A stretch of 64,000 nucleotides of DNA. Origin: Tubiluchus corallicola. Lineage: Eukaryota > Animalia > Priapulida. The DNA lies in NCBI GenBank assembly GCA_030141605.1, contig JAQGDQ010000273.1, positions 247,135 to 311,134 of the forward strand. Reading direction: 5' to 3'. The position numbers were made by a program, and so were the translations under genes. The notes under the pieces were generated by a model. It ran no database searches. It was not told the origin of the DNA and saw nothing but the letters and a program-made list of their open reading frames with translations. Below are positions 53,330 through 64,000 of the stretch, piece after piece; positions within the stretch are counted from its first letter, which is position 1; each line of letters begins with the position of its first letter.

Positions 53330-54450
53330 TATTTAAACTACTTTAATTAATACGGATCATTGATAAATCATTGGGTTTATTTTCTATTTGGATTCAGATT
53401 CTCGTTGACATACCTGCAATCATAGTGAATTGTGAAGTGATCCGGATCATTGTCCTCATTAGTGTAGCACAGAAGAGCAGAGTAGTTGAGTAGAGATAGA
53501 TTAGTAAGATTTGGTAGTTTTGAATGGTCCCTGAGTTTGTCACACAATTCATCTTTTTAAAACTTTGAAATGGTAGTATGTTGTTAATACACTGGAAACA
53601 ATAAAAAGAATCGTTAACATAGCAAACTCATCATTAGTTAGCAACGTGTATTTTTTGTGAATCCATTTATTACAGATATCAGAAAAAACTGCACATTTCG
53701 GCAAGATGCTGTACATTGGACACACAAAAATTTTGTAGCCATGTTGAAATAAAAGCTCAAGGGTATTTATATTCATAGTTTATACAGTCAAGCATGTTAG
53801 TTGGCACATTTTACTTAAATTTGTTAATATCAGCTTCAGAATTAATTTCAATGGGCTGACTTTCCTCCCTAGTTCTTAGAAATATACTTCCTTGAGAAGT
53901 CCATAATGATTTGTGCTTTTTGTTTCTGTATACTACTAAACATTTGTTGAACAAATCTTTTCTAGATCGGGTTAAGCACTCATTAATAAAAGATTTCCGT
54001 TCTTTCGAATACCTAATTTATGTACATCTGATGTTTTCATGCGCCTCTTATAGAATAAGTGACTCGAACTTCACTATAATGGGATTATCTTTATCACCTT
54101 TCGATGAAAGCATACGATGCGACACTGATATCGCTGCAGGAAACATTTACTCCCATTAGGGCCCCAAGCTTGGCAACGATGTCATCTGTAATGGATCGTA
54201 AGAGGTGGTAAAAAATTTGTTTGACTTTTGTGGTGCGCAGATCTTGTTATTGCGCCACGAGGTTATACACTTTCAATATAAAGTTCTTTGTGGTAGTTCA
54301 GTTTGTCCAGTCTAATTTTAGTTTATTTTAAGTGTTAGCCAAAATCATCTGTATCTTCATTATCGGTTTATAATCAGACAATCCCGGTGAGTGTATTGTT
54401 CAAGTGTATCCAAGTTTAATTGAGTTTGTTGAAATTTCGAGAGTTGATAA
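53330..54450 (-). mobile_element. Degenerate CR1/L2-type LINE, ORF1 C-terminus plus PHD-like segment at the start of ORF2
   Basis: FINECLTRSRKDLFNKCLVVYRNKKHKSLWTSQGSIFLRTREESQPIEINSEADINKFK* (typical ORF1 tail), then decayed CP...CAVFSDICNKWIHKK (PHD-like). Boundaries are approximate. Confidence 0.65.
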
Positions 54451-55440
54451 AAACTACAGCGCTTGTTTATTTACTTTACTTATTAGTTGTCAGATTTATC
54501 ATTAATTTTATAATTTAGAACAAAGTATTTAGCTTAAAGGGGCAATATCATGAAAATCAAGTTAAATTTATTTTATAGTTACCCTCCACGGGAATAACTT
54601 GGCGAATTTTTTTAGCAGTACGTTGTCTAATTAATGAGTAATTAGCTTTTTTATATCTCACGGAAAACGCCGTAAAGCTGCACTTGCGCCTCTCAGGGTG
54701 AAAAAATTGAACTAATGCAGCTCAGGCTGATGACCTAACAGATTGTACCCGCAGCTTGTTGTGATACTGTCGTATGCGACTGGGCCAAAAATTAAGCTGT
54801 TTTTACTACATTGCAGCATTTGACCTTGGTTCGGATAGGTAGTCAGCTGATAGAAACGATTGTCGTTGCACTTGTTAACATGTTTTCATCAATAGCGATA
54901 TATTTTACTACCGTCGAAAGTTATAGGTACATTATAGTATATTCTAATAGAGTGTAAACAATCATTGCGCTAAAGTAGGCCTACAGCACATTGTGAAAAT
55001 TCTTGTGGCATTAATTGAAAACATCGTCAGCAATACAAGCTGCAAAAGTGTGGGCCCTGGTAACAAAAGTTCTTTTCTTGTAAAACAAGTCCGATAAACT
55101 AACTTCATTCTGCTAGAAGAATTAATGAATTTGTAAACACAGAGAAACTCATTGAAGCATAACTATAATCCTAGTGTGACAATTTTTAGTGACAGCTTCA
55201 TTTTATCAACCTTGACAAAAAATATGTGAACCTCATGGACACGTAGACTATGACATATTAGCTGTAGAATTATTGATTAAACATGTATGAACATTTTTAA
55301 CTTTGTCGTGTTTCAGTTATTTAAATCAGTAAGACTTAATATCAACCAGAACTTTAACCGTTGTTCATTAGCTTTTTTTTTATATGATAACAACATGTTG
55401 TGTTTATTTTTACACAGCTGTGTTATTAAAATATTAGGAT

Positions 55441-56045
55441 TACCGTATATACTCGCATATAAGCCTACATCGCATATAAGCCGACCCCCTAAAACTGCTT
55501 TAAAATGGCCAGTTTTTGCAAAAACCCGTATATAAGCCGACCATCAACTTGTCTAATTTTACTCCATACCCAATCAACAAAATTGATCCCTTTTTGTCAC
55601 ATTTTGTTAATTGGGTATTTTTGGTTCATAGAAATTTTTTACTACAAAGATGTAAAATGCTTACTTTTATGTTACATACTAGAAGAAATAGAAGAAATTA
55701 TACATTTTGATATGAATAAAGAAAAAAATATTTTGTTTTCTATTTATTCACAAAAAATTATAACATTTCTGTTTATAATTTATCGTAGTGTTCTTAAAAA
55801 TAATTAGAAACCTTCAAAATCATTGTCACTACCACCCTCATCGTCTCTGTCTCAAACTTATAGAGTGTCTGTTAAATAGACAACCAAATAAAGAGTCAGA
55901 TAGCGATGAAAATGTGTGGCTGGAAAATTGGCATTAGTGTCTGTCCTTGTGTTCATTTTGTTTCATGCGCATATAAGCCGACTCCCTGATTTCAGTATTG
56001 TATTTTATAGTTCTAAATTCGGCTTATATGCGAGTATATACGGTA
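55441..56045. mobile_element. Tc1/mariner-pogo (Tc2-like) MITE
   Basis: Perfect 23-bp TIRs ccgtatatactcgcatataagcc / ggcttatatgcgagtatatacgg flanked by TA; internal repeats of the tataagccg motif. Confidence 0.92.
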
Positions 56046-56540
56046 GATAAAATTCTTGTGGCCAGTTGGACTGAAATAAAAATTAATGATAATAATACAT
56101 TTATTATTAATATAATTATCATTCACTTTTGCAAAATAAAAATCTAACGATATAATTTGGTTCGATCACAAAATAATTATTTATTGCATTACATTATGTA
56201 ATTGTGGTATTTTTACCGAAATGGATACAAATCTCGAGATGACTTAACTGCATCGATAAACTATGCACTTGGGCTTAAATGCAACAAAAAAGACACTACA
56301 AAAAACTGCATCTGACTGAATCTCTCCGAAGTGTAAGCACAATATTTTTAACACTAGAGTTCATCATGTTCTAAACTCACGTTTCAAAGCGAACAGCTGA
56401 GAAAATTATCACACTGGTTGTAGGAGTGAATCCAGGTTTTTAGAGTGTACTTTCATTGCTTCAGTACTTTTCTGTTGCTCATTGGAAACTAAAAGTTATT
56501 ATATTTTGGCTTCGTATTTTGATACTTTCCGTCTGACTGC

Positions 56541-56575
<35 letters not shown>

Positions 56576-56585
56576 TCAACATCAA

Positions 56586-57275
56586 AACATCTGGAAATTG
56601 TTTAGAAAGTATTAAAAATTAAAATATTAAAAATAACTCCTTACCCACCTGAAAACTAGTATTGTGTTTGTCAAAAACTTGTGTTTTCAAACTCAGATAG
56701 CAGCTTGAGGAAGCTCTCATTTTGCTTGCAGTTTTTGCTGTTGCCAGTCTTACAATTTGCTTAATTTTAGTACAACACACTGAATATCTTACAGTAGCAC
56801 TATACTTCAATTTTCGCTTAAATCGCAAATATGTGCAATACTCTCGTGAAATATTTTTGTTGTTGAGAATAATGTTCATTTGTGATGTCATCAATAGTTG
56901 GACTTGCCCGCCGTTAATTAAGATTTTAATCTATTATTTAATTATCAGAAATGCTTTTGAAGTATTAATTGTGTTAATATGTATGCATTTTACCATTCTT
57001 GAAAATAGGTAGTATATGAAAAATCATCCTGTCTTCCTTTAATCATGAGCTGTAAGACTTTTTTTAAGATCTCGTGATGTTATTCCTTCACCATTATTTC
57101 CACATTTTTTGCCTGTTTACAATTCTTGGTGGATTTGCAAAGCTTTGATGAGTGTGGATTATGAGCATAGGTGTTTTGATCTTGCCTAATTTTGTTGGTT
57201 TTTGTTTCAATTTTAGGTGTATGGCAAATTCACATCAAAGTTTATTCAAATACCTTGCAGCAGCCAAGTGGGGAA
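56586..57275 (+). repeat. ~700-bp segment duplicated in direct orientation at ~61122-61879
   Basis: Long near-identical stretches (e.g. aaactcagatagcagcttgaggaagctctcatttt ... gcagcagccaagtggggaa); the second copy has small insertions. Confidence 0.9.
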
Positions 57276-57661
57276 GCACTTTCCAAACACGAAACCATTC
57301 TGCAAGACCAGAACGATGAATGGCTTCCTGAATAGGGTAAGATTTGCTATAATATATTATATTATATTAATATTAATGTAGTAATTAATATGATATATTA
57401 TATTATATCAAGGTTGATGTGACACGGAATGTCACACAACAAATTGTGGAAGTTGGAATTGTACATTATAATTAGGTGCTGCCATCTATGGGCTAATCTT
57501 GTTACATTCTACCAGCTAACTTACCCTCAGTATAATTATATGGTCCAGTGAATGCATATTCACTGGTTCTCTCCCTATTTTAAAGTAATGGTTGTTGTGA
57601 AGCCTGTGCAAGTCTGCATAGGTCACCTATACCTATATATACTGACTGGTTTTGCTTTCTA

Positions 57662-58150
57662 GTCACTCTCACTCTCAGTGCAGTGTAGCAGTCGTGCTAC
57701 TCACGTTACTCTAACTCTCACTCTCAGTGCAGTGTAGCAGTCGTGCTACTCATGTTACTCTCACTCTAACTCTCACTCTCTCACTCTCAGTGCAGTGTAG
57801 CAGTCGTGCTACTCACGTTACTCTCACTCTAACTCTCACTCTCAGTGCAGTGTAGCAGTCGTGCTACTCATGTTACTCTCACTCTAACTCTCACTCTCAG
57901 TGCAGTGTAGCAGTCGTGCTACTCACGTTACTCTCACTCTAACTCTCACTCTCAGTGCAGTGTAGCAGTCGTGCTACTCATGTTACTCTCACTCTAACTC
58001 TCACTCTCTCACTCTCAGTGCAGTGTAGCAGTCGTGCTACTCACGTTACTCTCACTCTAACTCTCACTCTCAGTGCAGTGTAGCAGTCGTGCTACTCATG
58101 TTACTCTCACTCTAACTCTCAGTGTTCAGTGCAGCAGTCATGCTACTCAT
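57662..58150. repeat. ~54-bp minisatellite, ~9 copies, possibly inside a solo LTR
   Basis: Unit ctctcagtgcagtgtagcagtcgtgctactca(c/t)gttactctcactctaactctca; followed by AATAAA (~58165) and ...tcataaca (58255). Confidence 0.9.
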
Positions 58151-58489
58151 GTGTCTGTAGTTTTAATAAACACTTTTCTGTTGTGTGCAGTGCAAATATG
58201 TATTATAGAATTTTTTATTCTTGTTCATACTTCTGTGCCTAAACTCAATCATAACAAAGTGAGTGATCAACAACTTCAAACATGACTTTCACACAAATAC
58301 TTTGTATGAATGCTGCAATTTCCGCACTCTTTCAGCTCATTCCGTACAACATCAACGTGAGATTTTCAGAAACTTGCCTGGTGACATCTCAGATTTGCTT
58401 GAAAAAATTCTCAGACGTTCCTCGGCACTTGAGATGCAAAATTCTAGAGACCAATTCATTCTAGTTTTTGAGTTTTCATTTTTTTAAAT

Positions 58490-58996
58490 TGTTATGAGTT
58501 GGAACTGGTTACACAAAACATGGTGAATAAACAGAGATGCATTTGCGACATTACTTCATTTTTATTGCCAGTAAACACAAATTAACAAAAATAAAATATC
58601 AGGGCTTTCATCCTGAGCCGCCGACATTACTTCCACCTCTATAACAACTAACTAGGTCAAAAGCAAGTACAGAACACAGGTGAGAAGCCAACCTTTCGCT
58701 TAGATTAAAATCGGCAGGCGGGTCATAACATCTCACCCCCTATAAGAAAAAAACTGTTTTTTTGTTTAGGTTTACTTTAAACAGTATCTTGATAAGGTGT
58801 CCGCCAACACATTGTCTTTACCCTTGACACGTACAATAATTAAATCATACTGTTGGAGGAACAGACTCCATCGCAATAAACGCTGATTCTTATTTCTGAA
58901 TCTGTGTAAAAATGTCAATGGATTATGGTCTGTAAATACAACAGTGGGTGAGTGATTACAAGTAACATAAATCTCGAAATGTTGCATAGCCAAACT
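58490..58996 (-). mobile_element. Ty3/Gypsy (Gmr1-like) remnant: RNase H end, polypurine tract and 241-bp 3' LTR
   Basis: AMQHFEIYV...VFTDHNPLTFLHRFRNKNQRLLRWSLFLQQYDLIIVRVKGKDNVLADTLSR then stop. PPT-like agggggtgaga is adjacent to LTR 58730-58490, which is bounded by TGTTATGA...TCATAACA and has AATAAA on the minus strand. Confidence 0.85.
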
Positions 58997-59829
58997 GAGT
59001 AAAGAACTTCAGTAAAGCATCAACTACTGCTGCAGCTGTTATCTTCTTTAAAGTTATAGCTTCTGGAAATTTGAAAATTCACTCAATAGGCTGTCGTGGT
59101 CTGATAACCTTTGCAACTCATGATTGTTCGACATTACGATCCGGCCACAACTTAATTATTTATAGAAAACTTATAATAGATCATATTTCCTTCTGGTTTT
59201 AATGCAAATTAATTTTGAATCACTATCCATTGTGACAAATTCATCTCTAGACGCCGCCATACTTAGTGTCCATACACACACAACATATTCATAGAGGCAC
59301 ACCACTTCAACATATGGGTCCGACTTGCGTCCAAATCGTTCTATGACCAATTGGCCGGATTCGATTGTGATCGTAAGTTGAAGACTACCTGTAATTTCTT
59401 AGCAGACTATTTCACCCCTTGAAATAGTTACATCTAGTAGTCATCGTCTTGCAAGTTTGAAACAGTGCTGCTCAAAACATGATTTTTCTACGTTTAGTAA
59501 GATTGTGTGCAATTTGCAGGCAACGTGTGTGAAAAGTGCCTTTCAATCAGATTTTGTTCTTTAACTCTTTCTAGATCAATGGAATATGAAAGCAATGTGT
59601 TGCTGTACATTTGGACAGAATCTCCCGGTGATATTCCTGCCAATGTTGGCTGGTTGCCCCAGCATCAGCTCTCTCTTGCAAAGACAGTGGTGGCCCAATG
59701 ATGAAAGTCAAGGCTCCATTTGTTTAAAGGTAAGTGTGATGTTTGTAGTTTTCTTTCTGTTATTAATGTTACCCAGCTTTTTTACCAGATTAAGATTGTC
59801 TCAGCGCTTTATTGTCTCTTTGTGTTTAT

Positions 59830-60652
59830 TTCTCTTCTTCTCTTCTCTTCTCTTCTCTTCTCTTCTCTTCTCTTCTCTTCTCTTCTCTTCTCTTCTCTTC
59901 TCTTCTCTTCTCTTCTCTTCTCTTCTCTTCTCTTCTCTTCTCTTCTCTTCTCTTCTCTTCTCTTCTCTTCTCTTCTCTTCTCTTCTCTTCTCCTCTCTTC
60001 TCTTCTCTCTTCTTCTCTTCTCTTCTCTTCTCTTCTCTTCTCTTCTCTTCTCTTCTCTTCTCTTCTCTTCTCTTCTCTTCTCTTCTCTTCTCTTCTCTTC
60101 TCTTCTCTTCTCTTCTCTTCTCTTCTCTTCTCTTCTCTTCTCTTCTCTTCTCTCTTCTCTCTTCTCTTCTCTTCTCCTCTCTTCTCTCCTCTCTTCTCTT
60201 CTCTCTTCTCTCTCTCTCCTCTCTCTCCTCCTCTCTCCTCTCTCCTCTCTCTCCTCTCTCCTCTCTCTCTCTCTCTCCTCCTCTCTCCTCTCTCTCCTCT
60301 CTCTCTCTCTCCTCTCTCCTCTCTCCTCTCCTCCTCTCTCTCTCTCCTCTCTCTCTCTCTTCTCTCTTCTCTCTTCTCTCTTCTCTCTTCTCTCTTCTCT
60401 CTTCTCTCTTCTCTCTTCTCTCTTCTCTCTTCTCTCTTCTCTCTTCTCTCTTCTCTCTTCTCTCTTCTCTCTTCTCTCTTCTCTCTTCTCTCTTCTCTCT
60501 TCTCTCTTCTCTCTTCTCTCCTCTCGCCTCTCCTCTCTCTCCTCTCTCCTTTCTCCTCTCTCCTCTCTCTTCTCTCCTCCTCTCTTCCCTTCTCTTCTCT
60601 TCTCTTCTCTCTCCTTTCCTCTCTCTCTCCTCTCCTCTCTCCCCTCCCCTCC
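59830..60652. repeat. ~820-bp polypyrimidine/polypurine satellite: (TTCTC)n grading into (TTCTCTC)n and (CTCTCCT)n-like units
   Basis: Directly visible; essentially no purines on the plus strand. Confidence 0.97.
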
Positions 60653-62408
60653 CGATTCGATTTGATTTCATTTCCTTTCCTTTTCCTTTCTTTTCTTTAT
60701 TTGATTTGTTTGTCTTCCTCGTACATTTTTTGTTTATTTAATAGTCTGTTTGTTATTTTTTCTTCATTTGTTACCCATCCCTTTTATTTTTCTACCCCTT
60801 TATTAAATTAATCGCTTAGCCAGTTAAACATTTTTTGTCAATTAGTACTCATGGTACATAAGATTGATGCAAATGCAAACCTTACTCCATATCCAGAGAT
60901 GTGTAATCCCTAGAGGGTCACCTTGTACTTCTAAAACAGGAGACCTGTCTAGTGAAATATCCGGAGTTTTGTAATGGTATCCACGGTACGTAAGATTGAT
61001 GCAAATGCAAAACTTTATTCCACATCCGGAGATTTGTACCACTAACTCCGTGTGTTGTTATGTTTTTACCTTCTAAATCTTCAGAAGTAGTTAGATATTG
61101 TACTTCTGTGTTCTAACATCAGAACATCAGGAAATTGTTTAGAAAATTTTGAAAATTAAAATATTAAAAATAATTCTTTACCCACTTGAAAACTAGTATT
61201 GTGTTTGTCAAAAACTAGTGCTTTCAAACTCAGATAGCAGCTTGAGGAAGCTCTCATTTTGTTTGCAGTTTTTGCTGTTGCCAGTCTTACAATTTGCTAA
61301 ATTTTAGTACAACACACTGAATATCTTACAGTAGCACTATACTTCAATTTTCGTTTAAATCGCAAATATGTGCAATACGCTCGTGAAATATTTTTGTTGT
61401 TGAGAATAATGTTCATTTGTGATGTCATCAATAGTTGGACTTGCCCGCCGTTAATTAAAATTTTAATCTATTATTTAATTAGAAGAAATGCTTTTGAAGA
61501 ATTAATTGTGTTAATATGTATGCATTTTACCATTCTTGAAAATAGGTAGTATATGAAAAATCATCCTGTCTTCGTTTAATCATGAGCTGTAAGACCACTA
61601 GACGTTTTTTTAAAATCTCTTTTAAAATCTTCTTTAAAATGTTATTCCTTCACCATTATTCCCACATTTTTTGCCTGTTTACAATTCTTGGTGGATTTGC
61701 AAAGCTTTGATGAGTGTGGATTATGAGCATAGGTGTTTTGATCTTGCCTAATTTTGTTGGTTTTTGTTTTAATTATAGGTGTATCTCAAATTCACATCAA
61801 AATTGTAGTAATTTTCTTTCCAGAGTGAATGAGTTACGTCAAAAGTTATTCAAATACCTTGCAGCAGCCAAGTGGGGAAAGAATTATTTTTAATATTTTA
61901 ATTTTCAAAATTTTCTAAACAATTTCCTGATGTTCTGATGTTAGAACACAGAAGTACAATATAATTACAATATATGTATACAAGTGCTTCTGAAGATTTA
62001 GAAGGTAAAAACGTAACAACACATGGAGTTAGTGGTACAAATCTCCGGATGTGGAATAAAGTTTTGCACTTTCATCAATCTTACGTACCGTAGAGACCAT
62101 TACAAAACTCCGGATATTTCACTAGACAGGTCTCCTGTTTTAGAAGTACCAGGTGAACCTCTAGGGATTACAAATCTCTGGATATGGAGTAAGGTTTGCA
62201 TTTGCATCAATCTTAAGTACTAATGAGCACTAATTGACAAATAATGTTTAACTGGCTAAGCGATTAATTTAATAAAGGGGTAGAAAAATAAAAGGGATGG
62301 GTAACAAATGAAGAAAAAATAACAAACAGACTATTAAATAAACAAAAAATGTACGAGGAAGACAAACAAATCAAATAAAGAAAAGAAAGGAAAGGGAAAT
62401 CGAATCGG
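60652..62408. repeat. Second fold-back structure: ~525-bp inverted arms (60652-61178 and 61878-62408) around a ~700-bp duplicated spacer
   Basis: ORFs 60842-61042(-) and 62023-62223(+) mirror each other; the arms are reverse complements with scattered differences. Confidence 0.9.
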
Positions 62409-62729
62409 AGGAGATGGAAGTCGCTAGTTATAGCTGCTATGCAATGCTGATATGCAATGGCTTCGTAATAGATGAAACCATCACAATGCAGAGGGGGGGG
62501 GGCATTTCATCTTCGTAACATTATAATGGTAATTAATGTGATGTAGTTATGAAACTTTATTAGTTATGATGATAGTGAATAATGCAGTTAACAGTAAAAA
62601 TACATTTTTGCAAAACATTAGAAGTTAACAATAAGCTAATAATGGCTTAAAAAGAAAATGGTACAAAGAATTGGTGTGGTGTGTAGGCATTTGTTCTTAT
62701 GTGATCCATACAATTATGTAATCCACTTT

Positions 62730-63825
62730 TCAGTACATGGCATTGGATTCACATGCGAAGGATGCTTCAACATCATAGGGATAATCATCCCAACGATAAC
62801 TGTAGCTCTTGCGAATTACTGCACAGTGCTGTTTTCCCTGATAATTATCAGGTTGAATACCATTCCAGTTATTAAATATGATGGGTTGACCGTTAGAAAA
62901 CCACCTCCAGTCGCCTTCACTGTGTTGATCTGTTCCACCAATCCAGAGGTTGTTAATACCTATAAGGAATGTTTCCGGACGAGTAGTTATTCCTCATAAA
63001 AGTTATTACCTTCAAATACTAAAAGTTTTGCCATTGTGTTTATTTTACGTATACTTAGAACAATTTTTGTAGCGATGTGAACAGTGAGGGAATTGCATAG
63101 TACAAATTTATCATTACCCAGCAGACAGAAAATAAATGTTTTACCATTCATAGAGTCACAAGGTGATTAATGCATTTGTAGCTGACATGTTGCCAAGCAA
63201 TGTACGTGTGTGGAACCTGCTCAAGAAATTTTTTTCACTCAACATTTTTGACACTTGCATTTAGTTCTAATTCTCTTATTTTCATTTACCATTAAATCGG
63301 GTTTTGAACCCCAATCCTAATATTTTGGTTCTCATCCTGATTATAAGAATCTAGCCCCTGTTATCTTTTCTGACTCCGATTCCGAGCAGCTGCACCCTAC
63401 CCAAACTCTGATAATGTCTCGAAATTAAACACAGCTAATTTTGACTAGAATTATTCAAAAAAATTAATATTAAACTGCCAAGTGACGCTATGGCACAGAA
63501 ACTTTCACCAGAAATTTAACTTGAGATAAATCATAACCTGTAAAATGACTTCTGTTGTTAATCTGCACATCTGTGTTGCCATGTGAATAATGACAATTTG
63601 ACTTATTATATAAAAAGTAAAAACATTTAAAGGCTTCAAATACTTGCCTCGCGCTTTCATGTAGTTGACTACAAACTGATCTTCCTCAGTGGTTTCTATT
63701 TCAACCAAGTCAATAGCTGCATCTTTGCAATTTGTTACAACACTCTGCCAAAAAACTCCGACTTTGTGAAACAAGTAACAGTGTCCATTGTGGTATTCTC
63801 CTCCATTTTTGCAACATTTCTGATT
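62730..63825 (-). CDS. C-type lectin copy B, exons 2-3 (exon 1 would lie beyond the window)
   Basis: Exons 63825-63648 (GC donor) and 62959-62730, ending ...WDDYPYDVEASFACESNAMY*. Part of a direct duplication of ~50262-51837 at ~62411-64000. Confidence 0.88.
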
Positions 63826-64000
63826 CTGGAGGAAAAGTAAATTGCATTATGAAAGCAGCTGAAACTGAGTAAACTCGTTTAGTGCACCTTTCAAAATGTC
63901 GACAGTCGTACTTGTAAAATCATGTAAGTTGGTTACAAGGGATTGTGTAAATCAAATTATTGCTGCTATATACATTCACTAGGAAATTTTTCATTTGCAA

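Noticed and set aside
59586-60811. Long Leu/Ser/Phe and Arg/Glu ORFs (281-363 aa)
   Set aside because: Translations of the (TTCTC)n satellite, which has no stop codons.
62658-62999. 113-aa plus-strand ORF
   Set aside because: Antisense shadow of lectin exon 3.

Overview
AT-rich, intron-containing animal (probably invertebrate) genomic DNA; no prokaryotic operons or CRISPR arrays. Genes rebuilt by hand from splice sites and reading phase: (1) the first, signal-peptide exon of an unknown minus-strand gene (~4.8 kb); (2) a complete 9-exon DDOST/OST48 gene (minus, 7831-17593); (3) head-to-head with it, a DNMT3-family gene with a ~1600-aa N-terminal exon and a PWWP domain. Its next three exons, up to the first half of the ADD domain, lie on the OPPOSITE strand, inside a 2.35-kb segment flanked by ~1.4-kb inverted duplications of the gene's own exon 3 region; I could not find the rest of ADD or the catalytic domain; (4) an intronless, decayed C2H2 zinc-finger gene ending in a piggyBac-type cysteine-rich domain; (5) two tandem-duplicated secreted QPD-type C-type lectin genes with a GC-AG intron. 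The rest is LINE fragments (RTE, CR1/L2, I/R1-like), a Gmr1-like Gypsy remnant, several MITE families, minisatellites, microsatellites and a second fold-back structure at 60.6-62.4 kb. All calls come from reading the sequence by eye; no database search was run.
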